Source: Deinococcus sp. (GTDB lineage Bacteria > Deinococcota > Deinococci > Deinococcales > Deinococcaceae). Taken from it: a stretch of DNA of 64,000 nt. The notes under the pieces were generated by a model that was not told the origin of the DNA, ran no database searches, and worked only from the letters and a program-made list of their open reading frames with translations. The translations under genes and the position numbers were made by a program. Where the stretch lies: positions 416,001 to 480,000 of the forward strand of contig OZ253375.1 in assembly GCA_965261005.1 (NCBI GenBank), read 5' to 3'. Positions 33,397 through 49,101 of this stretch are shown here, piece by piece (position 1 is the first letter of the stretch; each line of letters begins with the position of its first letter).

Positions 33397-34283
33397 GCCT
33401 TTACCCCTTCCAGGTACATCTCGGCCGCTTGGCGGGCCAGGGCGCGCACCCGGCCGATGTAGGCTTGCCGCTCGGCGTGGCTGATCGCCCCCCGGGCGTC
33501 GAGCAAATTAAAGGCGTGCGAGGTGCGCAGCACGAACTCGTAGCCGGGATAGACCAAGCCGTCCGCGAGGAGCCGCCGCGCCTCGGCCTCGTAGTCGTTA
33601 AACAGGCGGCGCTGCAAGTCGGCGTTGGATTCCTCGAAGTTGTAGCGCGAGTGCTGCACCTCGAAGTCGCGCCGCAGGTCGCCCACCGTCACGGGGGGGC
33701 TACTCGGCGTCGGGCCGGGGGCATAGGCCAGGTCGAAGCCGTGCTTGACCCCTTGTAGGTACAGCGCCAGCCGCTCGATACCGTAGGTGATCTCGGCGCT
33801 GACCGGGGATACGTCAATGCCGCCCACCTGCTGAAAGTAGGTGAACTGGGTGATCTCCAGGCCGTCGAGCCACACCTCCCAGCCCAGGCCCCAAGCGCCC
33901 AGCGTGGGGCTTTCCCAGTTGTCCTCGACGAAGCGGATGTCGTGGGCACCCGGGTCGATGCCGAGGGCGTACAGGCTCTGGAGGTACAGCTCCTGCACGT
34001 CCGCCGGCGAGGGCTTGAGAATCACTTGGTACTGAAAGAAGTACTGAAAGCGGTAGGGGTTCTCGCCGTAGCGGCCGTCGGCGGGGCGGCGCGACGGGGC
34101 CACGTAGGCGGTGCGCCACGGCTCTTTCCCCAAGGCGCGCAAAAAGGTGGTGGGATAAAAGGTGCCGGCGCCCACCTCGCTGTCCACCGGCTGGGTGATC
34201 ACGCAGCCGCGCGCGGCCCAAAAGCGGTCGAGGTCGAGGATCAAGTCTTGCAGGTATGGCCCGGCGGGGGTGGCAGCTGACAT
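33393..34283 (-). CDS. glyQ: Glycine--tRNA ligase alpha subunit
   Basis: [54 protein letters not shown] 34283 lies 7 nt after TAAGAT. Confidence 0.96.
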   Translation of the reverse strand: MSAATPAGPYLQDLILDLDRFWAARGCVITQPVDSEVGAGTFYPTTFLRALGKEPWRTAYVAPSRRPADGRYGENPYRFQYFFQYQVILKPSPADVQELYLQSLYALGIDPGAHDIRFVEDNWESPTLGAWGLGWEVWLDGLEITQFTYFQQVGGIDVSPVSAEITYGIERLALYLQGVKHGFDLAYAPGPTPSSPPVTVGDLRRDFEVQHSRYNFEESNADLQRRLFNDYEAEARRLLADGLVYPGYEFVLRTSHAFNLLDARGAISHAERQAYIGRVRALARQAAEMYLEGVKA

Positions 34284-34373
34284 GGTTCGCATCTTAGAGG
34301 GTGCCGGGTTTAGAGGGGGCTAAGTCAGAAGTCGAGGCGTGTCCACGAGGAACGTCCCATCACGTCCGCCGCC

Positions 34374-35642
34374 TCAAGCGCTTCGCCTCACGCCTTCCCC
34401 CGCCCCATCCACGCGTTCTTCCTCGGCGCGCAGCGCGCGCCTTTCGAGCACCGCGCCTTCCAAGCGCCAGTAGATCAGCGCCGCGACGCCAGCGAGGGCG
34501 GCGTAGCCAAGCCACAGCGGCGCGTTGCCCCAGCGCGAAAGCAGCCAACCGCCCAGCAGCGGCCCGCTGAACGCGCCCAGCCCGCTCATGCTGCCCGCCA
34601 ACCCGATGTAGCGGCCCCGCACGTCCGGGCGCCCCAATTCGGCGATCACCGTTTTGCCAATGCTGTAGCCCACGATCTCGCCGAGGCTCCAAATCACGAC
34701 GGCCAACATGTGCCACCACAGCGTCGGGGCAAAGGCGTGAAGCCCAAATCCCGCGCCGAGCAGCAGCGCCCCCAACGCTTGGGAGCGCGGGTGGTTGTCG
34801 CGGGCGATAACGTGGCCGAGCGGCAGGCCCAACACCACCACCAGCGCCCCGTTTAGGGCCAGCGCCTGCCCGTACTGCGCGGCGGTGTAGCCTTGCTGGA
34901 CAAAGACCAGCGCCAGCAACTTGTAACTTTGGTAGGTGGTGGCGAACAGCAGCGCGGCCAGCATGTAGATCCACAGCAGCGGGTCTTTGGGAACGAAGCC
35001 GAACGGAACGGAAGTGCCGCGCCTACGCTCGGCGTTCGGCTGGCGGTCTGGCTTAAACAGGGCGCTCAGCAGCGCGGCGGAAAGCCCCATCGTGGCGGCG
35101 TCCAGCACGAACAGCAGGCGAAACGAAACCCCCGCCAGGTAGCCGCCCAGCAGCGGGGCCAGCGACGCGCCCACGTTGATGGCCCAGTACAGCATGGTGT
35201 AGGCCCGCGTGCGTTGGGGGCCGGTCGTCAGCTCGGCCACCGCCGCGCTGGAGGCGGGCTTGTACAGCGAGGTCAGCAGCGAATAGCCCGTCACGCCCGC
35301 GACGATCCAGGCGTACGTCGGCGCGAAGCCCAGCGCCAACAGCGTCAAGCCGCCGCCGCCGAGCGACAAGATCATGGTGCGCCGGGCACCGGAAGCGTCG
35401 CTCAGCGCCCCGCCCAGCGGCTCGGCGAAAAAGCGCCCTACGCCGAGTAGGCTGAGCACCAGCGTCACCTGCGTCACGCCGAGATGGCGCTGAGCGCTGA
35501 GGTAAAAGCCGAGCAGCGGCACCACGAACTCGCCCAGCCGGTTGATCAGGGTGCCCAGCCACAGCGCCCAGAATTCCGGCGGGTAGGCGGCATAGAGCGA
35601 TCTGAAAGAAAAGCGGGGCAACACCTCCGAGTCTAAGCGCAA
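34374..35642 (-). CDS. MFS transporter (start may be GTG 35624)
   Basis: About 12 hydrophobic helices, GGALSDASGARR motif A. Confidence 0.88.
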   Translation of the reverse strand: MRLDSEVLPRFSFRSLYAAYPPEFWALWLGTLINRLGEFVVPLLGFYLSAQRHLGVTQVTLVLSLLGVGRFFAEPLGGALSDASGARRTMILSLGGGGLTLLALGFAPTYAWIVAGVTGYSLLTSLYKPASSAAVAELTTGPQRTRAYTMLYWAINVGASLAPLLGGYLAGVSFRLLFVLDAATMGLSAALLSALFKPDRQPNAERRRGTSVPFGFVPKDPLLWIYMLAALLFATTYQSYKLLALVFVQQGYTAAQYGQALALNGALVVVLGLPLGHVIARDNHPRSQALGALLLGAGFGLHAFAPTLWWHMLAVVIWSLGEIVGYSIGKTVIAELGRPDVRGRYIGLAGSMSGLGAFSGPLLGGWLLSRWGNAPLWLGYAALAGVAALIYWRLEGAVLERRALRAEEERVDGAGEGVRRSA

Positions 35643-35976
35643 GGGAGGACGGCCTTTTTGCGCCGCGCGTTACCCAGCGGGGGACACGAAAACGGCGAAC
35701 GCTTTACAAACCCTCGAAACAAAAGGAGAAACCGCTCATCCGGGCCGAACCGTCTTCATACGCCGGGGCGTCAGATTGAAGCATGCTGCAAAAAACGGGC
35801 GCCCCGGCCCAGAATTGAGCTGACCGGCGCGGACGGCTGGCACGGACAGACAGTGAGAACGCACCCGCTACCCCCACGGGGCGGCGCGTAGAGTACAATC
35901 AGATGAGCAACATCACAGGCCCAAAAGTCTCAGGTCCGCGTGCCGTGCTCACGACACCTGACATGGGGGGTAGGCC

Positions 35977-38208
<2,232 letters not shown>

Positions 38209-38273
38209 GAAAGTTGGGAAAGTCGGGGGCCTAAGAATGGCCCTCGACTTTCTGTTTGGCACCCACAGGTCCG

Positions 38274-38290
38274 TTATGATAGGAACAGAA
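38274..38290 (+). promoter_or_regulatory. Candidate RDRM (DdrO operator) upstream of radA
   Basis: TTATGATAGGAACAGAA fits TT(A/C)(T/C)G-N7-C(A/G)(G/T)AA and overlaps a TATGAT -10 hexamer. Confidence 0.7.
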
Positions 38291-38314
38291 TGACGCTTTC
38301 CCTCCCTGTTCCTC

Positions 38315-39640
38315 ATGGCTAAAGTCCTCGCCACCTTCGTCTGCACCTCCTGCGGCTATCAATCGAGCAAGCCCCTCGGCCGCTGTCCCAATTGCCAAGC
38401 CTGGAACTCCTTTGAGGAGGTCGCGGAGGCGCCAACAGCGAAGGGCGGCTCGGGCGCTTACGGCGGCGTGAGGGGCGGCAAGCTGACGGCCCTCTCCAGC
38501 GTCGGGCGGCGCGAGGAGCCGCGCACCCCGAGCGGCCTGCCCGAACTCGACCGGGTGCTGGGGGGCGGCTTGGTGGCGGGGGGCGTCACCCTGATCGGCG
38601 GGGAGCCGGGCATCGGCAAGTCCACGCTGCTGCTTCAGGTGGCCGATCTGCTGGCCCGCTCGGGCAAGCGCGTGCTGTACGTGGCGGGCGAGGAGAGCTT
38701 GGAGCAGATTCGTCTGCGCGCCGACCGCTTGGGGGTGCTGGGCGACGTGCAGATGACCAGGGACACCCGGGCCGAGCACATCGCGGCGCTGCTCAGCGAG
38801 CACCAACCGGCCCTGTGCATCGTGGACTCGATTCAGACGGTGCAGGTGGAGGAAGGCGGGACGCCTGGCGGTGTAGCCCAGGTGCGCGAGGCGACCGCCA
38901 TTCTGACGCGGGCGGCCAAGGAGTCGGGCAGCGCGACCGTGCTGGTCGGACATGTGACCAAGGAGGGCACGGTCGCCGGCCCCAAGGTGATGGAGCATAT
39001 CGTGGACACCACCGTCTTTCTGGAGTCGGTGGGCCAGTACCGTTTGCTGCGCAGCGTCAAGAACCGCTTCGGACAGGCCGGGGAACTGGGCGTCTTCGAG
39101 ATGCGCGAGGGGGGGCTGTTCGCGGTGGAGAATCCCTCGGCCGCCTTTCTGGCCGAGCGCCCGGTCGGCGCTCCCGGCAGCGTGGTCGCCGCCACGGTGG
39201 ACGGGCACCGCCCGCTCCTCTTGGAGGTGCAGGCCCTGGCCGCCAAGACCCCCTACCCCAACGCGCGCCGGGTGGTGGTGGGCCTCGATCCCCGCAGGGT
39301 GGACGTGGTGCTGGCGGTGCTGGAGCGCCGGCTCGACTTGACGCTGGGCGGCCTGGACATCTTCGTGAACCTCGCGGGCGGCCTGAAAGTGCCCGACCCC
39401 GGCCTCGACCTCGCCATCGCCCTCTCGGTGTACAGCGCGGTGGTCGGCAAGCCGCTGCCGGGGGAGGTGGCGGTCTTCGGCGAGGTCGGCCTGGCGGGGG
39501 AGGTGAGGGCCGTGCAGAGCGCCCTCAGACGCGCTGAGGAAGCCAAGCGGGCCGGCTATTCAAGGTTGGTCGTGCCCCCCGGCGAGGGGGGAAGCGGCGT
39601 CACGAACGTCGAGGAGGCGTTGAGGGTGCTGTGGCGCTGA
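38315..39640 (+). CDS. radA: DNA repair protein RadA/Sms
   Basis: C4 zinc finger, [20 protein letters not shown], Lon-like C-terminus. Confidence 0.97.
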   Translation: MAKVLATFVCTSCGYQSSKPLGRCPNCQAWNSFEEVAEAPTAKGGSGAYGGVRGGKLTALSSVGRREEPRTPSGLPELDRVLGGGLVAGGVTLIGGEPGIGKSTLLLQVADLLARSGKRVLYVAGEESLEQIRLRADRLGVLGDVQMTRDTRAEHIAALLSEHQPALCIVDSIQTVQVEEGGTPGGVAQVREATAILTRAAKESGSATVLVGHVTKEGTVAGPKVMEHIVDTTVFLESVGQYRLLRSVKNRFGQAGELGVFEMREGGLFAVENPSAAFLAERPVGAPGSVVAATVDGHRPLLLEVQALAAKTPYPNARRVVVGLDPRRVDVVLAVLERRLDLTLGGLDIFVNLAGGLKVPDPGLDLAIALSVYSAVVGKPLPGEVAVFGEVGLAGEVRAVQSALRRAEEAKRAGYSRLVVPPGEGGSGVTNVEEALRVLWR

Positions 39641-39678
39641 GGGCGCTCCCGTAGACGTTGCTCCTGTAGACTTTGGCG

Positions 39679-40710
39679 GTGGCGCTGTTTCGCTTGGTAT
39701 TGCTGTTGATCGGGGTGCTGGCCGGCTACGGCCTCGGCCAAGTGTTGGCGGCCCGGAATTCGGGGTCGGAGGCGAGCGCGGCGGCCAACACCCTCTACCT
39801 GATGGCCGTGGGGCTGCTGCTGGCCTTTTTGCTGGCGCCGCGCCTCGGGCGTGCGCTGGGGGGGTTTGGCGGGCGGGTGCAGAGCAGCTTCGCCCGGCTC
39901 GACCCGCGCCGGGTGGCGGCGGCGACCGTGGGGCTGGTCGTGGCGCTGCTCCTCGGGGTGCTGCTCAGCAGCGTGCTGGCGCGGGCGCCGTTTTACACCT
40001 GGTACGTCAACGTGCTGGTCACGCTCATTCTGGCGGTCTTCTTCGTGTACTTCGCACTGCAAAACGCCCCGGCCTTTGGGGGTCTGGCTTGGACCGCCGC
40101 GCCGCGCCGCCGAAGCGGGGCCAAGGTGCTCGACACCAACGTCATCATCGACGGGCGGGTGGTGAACCTCGCCAGGAGCGGCTTTCTGGAGGGCGAGCTG
40201 ATCGTGCCCTCCTTTGTGCTGCGCGAGCTGCAATTTCTGGCCGACCACGGCGAGGCGGGGCGGCGCGCGCGCGGCAAGCGGGGACTGAGCACGTTGGAGG
40301 AGCTGCGAACCTTGACCCAGCTGAGCGTACAGGAGTGGGACGCGCCGGACGTGCAGACCGTGGACGACAAGCTGATCCGCTTCACGCGCGAGTTGGACGC
40401 GCGGCTGGTCACCAACGACGCCAACCTCAGCAAGGTGGCGGCCCTGTACGGCGTGCGAACGCTGAGCTTGCACGAGGCGGCCGTGGCGCTGCGCCCGACC
40501 CTCTCGGTTGGGGAAAGCCTGGAGCTGATTATCAGCAAGGCCGGGCAGCAGGCCGGGCAGGGCGTGGGCTACCTCGACGACGGCACCATGATCGTGGTGG
40601 AGGACGGCCTCAAGCACAAGGGCAAGAGCGTGCGCGTGCTGGTGCTCAGCAACGTGCAGACCTCGGTCGGCCGCATGGTCTTCGCGCGTGCGGAGGGCGA
40701 GGCGGGCTAA
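39679..40710 (+). CDS. PIN/TRAM domain membrane protein (YacL-like)
   Basis: N-terminal TM helices, LDTNVIIDGR, VDDKL, TND.NL.KVA, QGVGYLDDGTMIVVE; GTG 39679 lies 6 nt after TAGACT. Confidence 0.9.
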   Translation: MALFRLVLLLIGVLAGYGLGQVLAARNSGSEASAAANTLYLMAVGLLLAFLLAPRLGRALGGFGGRVQSSFARLDPRRVAAATVGLVVALLLGVLLSSVLARAPFYTWYVNVLVTLILAVFFVYFALQNAPAFGGLAWTAAPRRRSGAKVLDTNVIIDGRVVNLARSGFLEGELIVPSFVLRELQFLADHGEAGRRARGKRGLSTLEELRTLTQLSVQEWDAPDVQTVDDKLIRFTRELDARLVTNDANLSKVAALYGVRTLSLHEAAVALRPTLSVGESLELIISKAGQQAGQGVGYLDDGTMIVVEDGLKHKGKSVRVLVLSNVQTSVGRMVFARAEGEAG

Positions 40711-40719
40711 ACTGCCCGC

Positions 40720-43562
<2,843 letters not shown>

Positions 43563-43567
43563 CCGAC

Positions 43568-43596
43568 TTGACTTTGCCCCGCCCGGCTCATACTGT
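43568..43596 (+). promoter_or_regulatory. SigA-type promoter of the ilv leader
   Basis: TTGACT-N17-TACTGT, 6 nt before the leader ATG. Confidence 0.75.
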
Positions 43597-43602
43597 GTGC
43601 CC

Positions 43603-43656
43603 ATGACCGCGATTCTCGCGCTTCTTGTACTCGGCTCCGGGGATTCACCCAGCTGA
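43603..43656 (+). CDS. ilv operon leader peptide MTAILALLVLGSGDSPS
   Basis: Ile/Leu/Val-rich 17-codon ORF followed by antiterminator pairing and a terminator, upstream of ilvBNC. Confidence 0.85.
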   Translation: MTAILALLVLGSGDSPS

Positions 43657-43677
43657 GCGCGCGAGCGTTGCAAGAAT

Positions 43678-43709
43678 CCCCGGACCCACAGCGGTTCGGG
43701 GCTTTTTTT
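43678..43709 (+). terminator. Attenuator terminator of the ilv leader
   Basis: CCCCGGACC/GGTTCGGGG stem plus T7; its 5' arm (GAATCCCCGGA) can instead pair with TCCGGGGATTC inside the leader ORF. Confidence 0.85.
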
Positions 43710-43721
43710 AAGGAGGCAGGG

Positions 43722-43856
43722 ATGAGGCGAAGCGAACCACGACCCGAACATCCGGAAAGGCCAGATGAGCCTCTTTCCGCCCATGCGCGCCGCCGGACCC
43801 TGTCCTGGCGGCGCGCGGCTTTTGGAAACGAACGCCCGTTAGGGGGTTCCTCATGA
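43722..43856 (+). CDS. Possible 44-aa ORF translationally coupled to ilvB
   Basis: AAGGAGG RBS before ATG 43722; stop overlaps the ilvB start (ATGA). Confidence 0.4.
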   Translation: MRRSEPRPEHPERPDEPLSAHARRRTLSWRRAAFGNERPLGGSS

Positions 43857-45511
43857 ACGGCGCCGACGCCCTGTGGCAGACCCTGATCGCGCACGACCTC
43901 ACGACCGTCTTCGGCTATCCCGGCGGGGCCATCATGCCGGTGTACGACGCCCTGACCGCCGTGCCCGAGGTGCGCCACATCCTGACCCGCCACGAGCAGG
44001 GCGCGGTGCACGCCGCCGAGGGCTGGGCCAAGGCGACCGGGCGAATCGGCGTGTGCCTGGCGACCAGCGGCCCCGGCGCGACCAACCTGGTCACCGGCAT
44101 CGCCGACGCCATGATGGACTCGGTGCCGCTGCTCGCCATCACCGGCAACGTGGCGCGCCCCTTGCTCGGCACCGACGCCTTTCAGGAGGCCGACATCACC
44201 GGCATCACGCTGCCGATCACCAAGCACAACTACCTGGTTCGCAGCGCGAACGAGCTGCCGGGGGTGGTGGCCGAGGCCATTCGCATCGCGCGCAGCGGGC
44301 GGCCGGGGCCGGTCCTGATAGACATTCCCAAGGACGTGCAGCTGGAAGCCTTTGAGGACGAGATTCCCGCCGCGCAGGCCCGGCCGCCCCTCCCGCCGCC
44401 GAGCGGGGAGGCCATAGAGGAAGCTTTGGAGGTGCTCAGGGGCGCCAAGCGGCCGGTGCTGATGGTGGGCGGCGGCGCGCAAGGGGCGGCGGCCGAGGTC
44501 ACGGCCCTGGCGCGGGCTTGGCGGCTTCCGACCATCACGACCTTGATGGGCCTGGGAGCCTTTCCCGCGAGCGACCCCTTGTGGCTGGGCATGCCGGGCA
44601 TGCACGGCAGCGTGGCCGCCAACCGCGCCATTCAGGAGGCGGACGTGCTGATCGGCGTCGGGCTGCGCTTCGACGACCGGGTGACGGGGAAGGTGGCCGG
44701 CTTCGCCCCGCGGGCGAAGATCATCCACGTGGACCTCGACGCCGCCGAGATCGGCAAGATCGTGCGCGCCCACGTGCCGGTGCGCGGGGACGCGGGGCAG
44801 GCCGCCCGTCTGCTGGCCGAGCACGCACAGCCTTATTCCCACCCCGAGTGGACCGCCCAGCTGACCGAGTGGCGGGAACGCGGCGCGAGGCCGAGTCAGT
44901 GGGGCGCCGGGTACGCGGTGGGGGCGATCTGCGACCGGCTCGAAGCGGGCGACATCCTCTCCACCGACGTGGGCCAGCACCAGATGCTGGCCGCGCAGTT
45001 GGCCCGCTTCGAGAGACCGCGCCGCTGGCTGACCTCGGGCGGGCTGGGCACCATGGGCTTCGGCTTTCCCGCCGCCATCGGGGCAGCCCTGGCCGACCCC
45101 GGCGTGCGCAGCGTCGTGATCGCCGGGGACGGCGGCTTTCAGATGACCGCGCAGGAACTGGCGACCCTGACGCGCTACAGGATTCCGGTCAAGATCGCCA
45201 TTATCAACAACAATTACTTGGGCATGGTCCGCCAATGGCAGGAGCTGTTCCACGGCAAGCGCTACTCCGAGGTCTACCTGGGCGAAAGCAACCCCGACTT
45301 TCTCAAGCTGGCGGGGGCCTACGGGATCGAGGGCTGGCGCGCCAGTAACGAGGCCGAATTGCCGGGCGCCTTGGGCGCCTGGCTCGCGCACGACGGCCCC
45401 GCCCTCTTGGAGTGCGTCGTGCCGCAGGAGCACGGCGTCTTTCCAATGGTCCCGTCCGGCGCTGCCCTACACGAGATGGTGGAAGAGGCGCCGGAGGGGG
45501 TGGCGCCGTGA
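43853..45511 (+). CDS. ilvB: Acetolactate synthase large subunit
   Basis: FGYPGGA, RHEQGA, TSGPGATN, DVGQHQM, SGGLGTMG, GDGGFQM...NN (ThDP motif). Confidence 0.96.
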   Translation: MNGADALWQTLIAHDLTTVFGYPGGAIMPVYDALTAVPEVRHILTRHEQGAVHAAEGWAKATGRIGVCLATSGPGATNLVTGIADAMMDSVPLLAITGNVARPLLGTDAFQEADITGITLPITKHNYLVRSANELPGVVAEAIRIARSGRPGPVLIDIPKDVQLEAFEDEIPAAQARPPLPPPSGEAIEEALEVLRGAKRPVLMVGGGAQGAAAEVTALARAWRLPTITTLMGLGAFPASDPLWLGMPGMHGSVAANRAIQEADVLIGVGLRFDDRVTGKVAGFAPRAKIIHVDLDAAEIGKIVRAHVPVRGDAGQAARLLAEHAQPYSHPEWTAQLTEWRERGARPSQWGAGYAVGAICDRLEAGDILSTDVGQHQMLAAQLARFERPRRWLTSGGLGTMGFGFPAAIGAALADPGVRSVVIAGDGGFQMTAQELATLTRYRIPVKIAIINNNYLGMVRQWQELFHGKRYSEVYLGESNPDFLKLAGAYGIEGWRASNEAELPGALGAWLAHDGPALLECVVPQEHGVFPMVPSGAALHEMVEEAPEGVAP

Positions 45512-46065
45512 GCGCCGACTTCCTGCTCTCGCTGATCGTGCGCGACGAGCCGCGCGTGCTGACGCGCATTTCCAGCTTGATCGGGCGGCGCGGCTACAAC
45601 ATCCGCAGCTTGTCGGTGGGCGCCACCGAGGTGCCGGGCGTGTCGCGCATGACCTTGGTGGTGCAGGGGGACCGCGCGGTGGTGGACAACGCCATCCGGC
45701 AGCTGGAAAAGCTTCAGGACGTGATCAAGGTGGTGGACCACGACCTGGAGAAGTTCGTGGACCGCGAGCTGCTGCTGCTCAAGGTGAGAATCAGCTCCAG
45801 CGAGGACCGGGTGGAGGTCCGCCACATCGCCGACGACTTCCGCGCCCGCATCGTGGACGTGGGCCGGCGCGCCCTGATGTTCGAGGTGACCGGGGACGAG
45901 GGCAAGATCACCGCCTTTGTCGAGCAGATGCGTCCCTTCGGCATCCTGGAGACCATGCGCACCGGCCGGGTGGCCCTGACCCGGGGCAGCAACGCGGACA
46001 TTCCCAGCCACGTGTACATGGATGGGCCGAGCCAGGCGCTGGAACCTGCCGTTGTGACCAATTAA
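45508..46065 (+). CDS. ilvN: Acetolactate synthase small subunit
   Basis: ACT domain VL.RIS.L..RRGYNI.SLSVG, RELLLLKV, RTGRVAL.RG; GTG start 45508. Confidence 0.94.
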   Translation: MSADFLLSLIVRDEPRVLTRISSLIGRRGYNIRSLSVGATEVPGVSRMTLVVQGDRAVVDNAIRQLEKLQDVIKVVDHDLEKFVDRELLLLKVRISSSEDRVEVRHIADDFRARIVDVGRRALMFEVTGDEGKITAFVEQMRPFGILETMRTGRVALTRGSNADIPSHVYMDGPSQALEPAVVTN

Positions 46066-46073
46066 CCGTGAAT

Positions 46074-46129
46074 GTAGGGGAGGGTTTAAAACGGGATGTG
46101 AAACGGGAGGGTTTGAAACCCTCCCCTAC
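46074..46129. repeat. REP-like palindrome between ilvN and ilvC
   Basis: GTAGGGGAGGGTTT...AAACCCTCCCCTAC 14-bp inverted repeat with an internal second copy of GGGAGGGTTT. Confidence 0.7.
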
Positions 46130-46174
46130 GGCGCGCAGACAACCCATTCTCACCCATAATTCAAAGGAGACCCC

Positions 46175-47185
<1,011 letters not shown>

Positions 47186-47288
47186 GCGTTTCGGCCAAGC
47201 ATCCCCTTGGCTGATAACTGCGTTGTTCTTTCTGTTTTTTATAGTAGACATTTTGGTCAAGTATCCATTGGCGCAAAGAGGTTCTTTG

Positions 47289-48453
47289 CTCAGTACCCGA
47301 CAGGAAGGTCTAAAGGTTGTGTGACACGAGGAGAGACAGCAGAGCCGGGGCAAACTGTGGTTGATGAGTACCCAGCCCCCCGGCACTGCTGACGCTACCC
47401 TGCGCGCGCTCGTCGCGCAACACCTGCCCGGACGCCGCTCTGACCAGCGCGCTCGTCTCGCCGATATGTTGCTCGCTACCGTCCACGCCCAGCACGTCAC
47501 TCACCGCAAACTCGCTCAGCACTTGCCGGGTGACGCCCGACCCGAAAGCAAAGAACGTCGCGTCGCCCGCTTCTTCGCCGCAGCGACCTTCACTCAGCAC
47601 GAGGCCGCCCAACTGATCCTGCCGCTGTTGGGGAGCGGCAAGTTGACGCTCGCGATGGACCGCACCAACTGGCGCTATGGGCAATATGATCACAACATCT
47701 TGGTGATTGGGGCGGTGTTTGCTGGCTACGCTCTCCCCTTGGTGTGGGACGTGCTGGACCACGGCGGCGCCAGTTCGACTGCCGCGCGCATCGCGCTGCT
47801 CGACCGGCTGCTGAGCGTCATTCCCGCACAGCGCATTGCGGTGCTGCTGGCCGACCGTGAGTTCGTGGGCAAAGACTGGTTCGCGGCCCTGGAACAACGA
47901 CGGCTCAAGCGCTGCATCCGCATTCGTGAGGACACCCTGCTCGATGACATCGCGGTTCGAGACGCCTTTGCACACCTGACGCCCGGCGAGGTGCGCGGCC
48001 TGCTCGACAAAGAGGTGGTCTACGGCGCTGAGATGCAGGTGGTTGCCACACTGTCCAGCGAAGGTGAGCGCGTTGTGATCGCTTCGGACCTCTCGCTGTT
48101 CGACACCTGTGAGCGCTACCGGTCGCGCTGGTCCATCGAATGCACCTTCGGCGCTTACAAACTGCGCGGCCTCAATCTGGAGGCGACCCACATGACCGAC
48201 CCTGCCCGCATCGAAACGCTGGTCAGCTTGCTCACGGTCGCCTTCGTCTGGGCGCTGCTGGTCGGTCTGGTGCGGGAACAAGAGGCGCCCGTACGGCTCA
48301 AAACGCACGGGCGCAAAGCCAAGAGCACCTTCCTGACCGGCCTCGATCTGCTTGTGGACGCCCTCAAGTGGAACCTTGAGCGCGCAAGGTCTTGTCTGGC
48401 CCTCCTCTTCCCGGCCCTTCAGATGCCACCGACCCTACCTGTCGGGTACTGAG
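47289..48453 (+). mobile_element. Complete IS4-family insertion sequence (1165 bp)
   Basis: 16-bp perfect terminal inverted repeats CTCAGTACCCGACAGG (47289-47304 / 48438-48453) flanked by 9-bp direct repeats GGTTCTTTG (47280-47288, 48454-48462). Confidence 0.93.
47364..48452 (+). CDS. IS4-family DDE transposase
   Basis: AMDRTNW, LADREF and the Y-(2)-R-(3)-E-(6)-K signature (YRSRWSIECTFGAYK); stop codon lies in the right inverted repeat. Confidence 0.92.
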   Translation: MSTQPPGTADATLRALVAQHLPGRRSDQRARLADMLLATVHAQHVTHRKLAQHLPGDARPESKERRVARFFAAATFTQHEAAQLILPLLGSGKLTLAMDRTNWRYGQYDHNILVIGAVFAGYALPLVWDVLDHGGASSTAARIALLDRLLSVIPAQRIAVLLADREFVGKDWFAALEQRRLKRCIRIREDTLLDDIAVRDAFAHLTPGEVRGLLDKEVVYGAEMQVVATLSSEGERVVIASDLSLFDTCERYRSRWSIECTFGAYKLRGLNLEATHMTDPARIETLVSLLTVAFVWALLVGLVREQEAPVRLKTHGRKAKSTFLTGLDLLVDALKWNLERARSCLALLFPALQMPPTLPVGY

Positions 48454-48743
48454 GGTTCTTTGAATTGGTGGACCTTGGTTGGAACAAGTGCTGGGCGTAA
48501 TTTATTGCCGGCGAGCATATTTTGGATTATATTGTGGTCCTGGTTTCGGGGTCCTGTGAGCTGGAGAACCGCCGGGATTCATGGGGTGATTGCTTTTTTA
48601 AGCCTCGTATCGAACGCCGTCTTTAGAATAGTGTCAGAAAACTACTGGAGTGGTTTGGTATTTTTAATTCTACTGAGTACTTTATACGTCGTATTGGTTC
48701 ACAGAATGTCGAGGTGGATCAACAGGGTTAGCGGAAAAAGATT

Positions 48744-49037
48744 GTGACTATGAATAAAATATTTCTTACGCTTAAATTTCTCGCGAGCGTCATGTTCCTA
48801 ACGCTAGGGGCATATATTTTCAATGAGGGTTTCCATTATTTTAGGAATAAAACTTTTCGCTTGGAACTTGATCGGCTTCTTGGGATTTTTGTTACAATAC
48901 TTGTCGCAAGAATGTATCAAATTTTGAATGACAAGTATCAGTGGGTAACAAGTGAAGATCATTGGATTGTTACAATAGTCTTTATTACTGTCGTATTCAT
49001 GGCGAGCATTCTTTTTGTGCCATTTCTATTTAAATGA
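48744..49037 (+). CDS. Small AT-rich hypothetical membrane protein (~3 TM)
   Basis: Hydrophobic ORF whose start overlaps the upstream stop (GTGA); GC far below the surroundings. Confidence 0.65.
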   Translation: MTMNKIFLTLKFLASVMFLTLGAYIFNEGFHYFRNKTFRLELDRLLGIFVTILVARMYQILNDKYQWVTSEDHWIVTIVFITVVFMASILFVPFLFK

Positions 49038-49101
49038 TTTCGAGTATCACTTGTTTGAATCGAAGCCAAGCGTCAGAAACAGCTACAAACAACCTCAAGC
49101 T

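Noticed and set aside
35643..35976. Switch from mostly minus-strand to mostly plus-strand genes, as a possible replication origin
   Set aside because: No dnaA/dnaN, no DnaA-box cluster and no AT-rich unwinding element seen; a divergent promoter region explains it.
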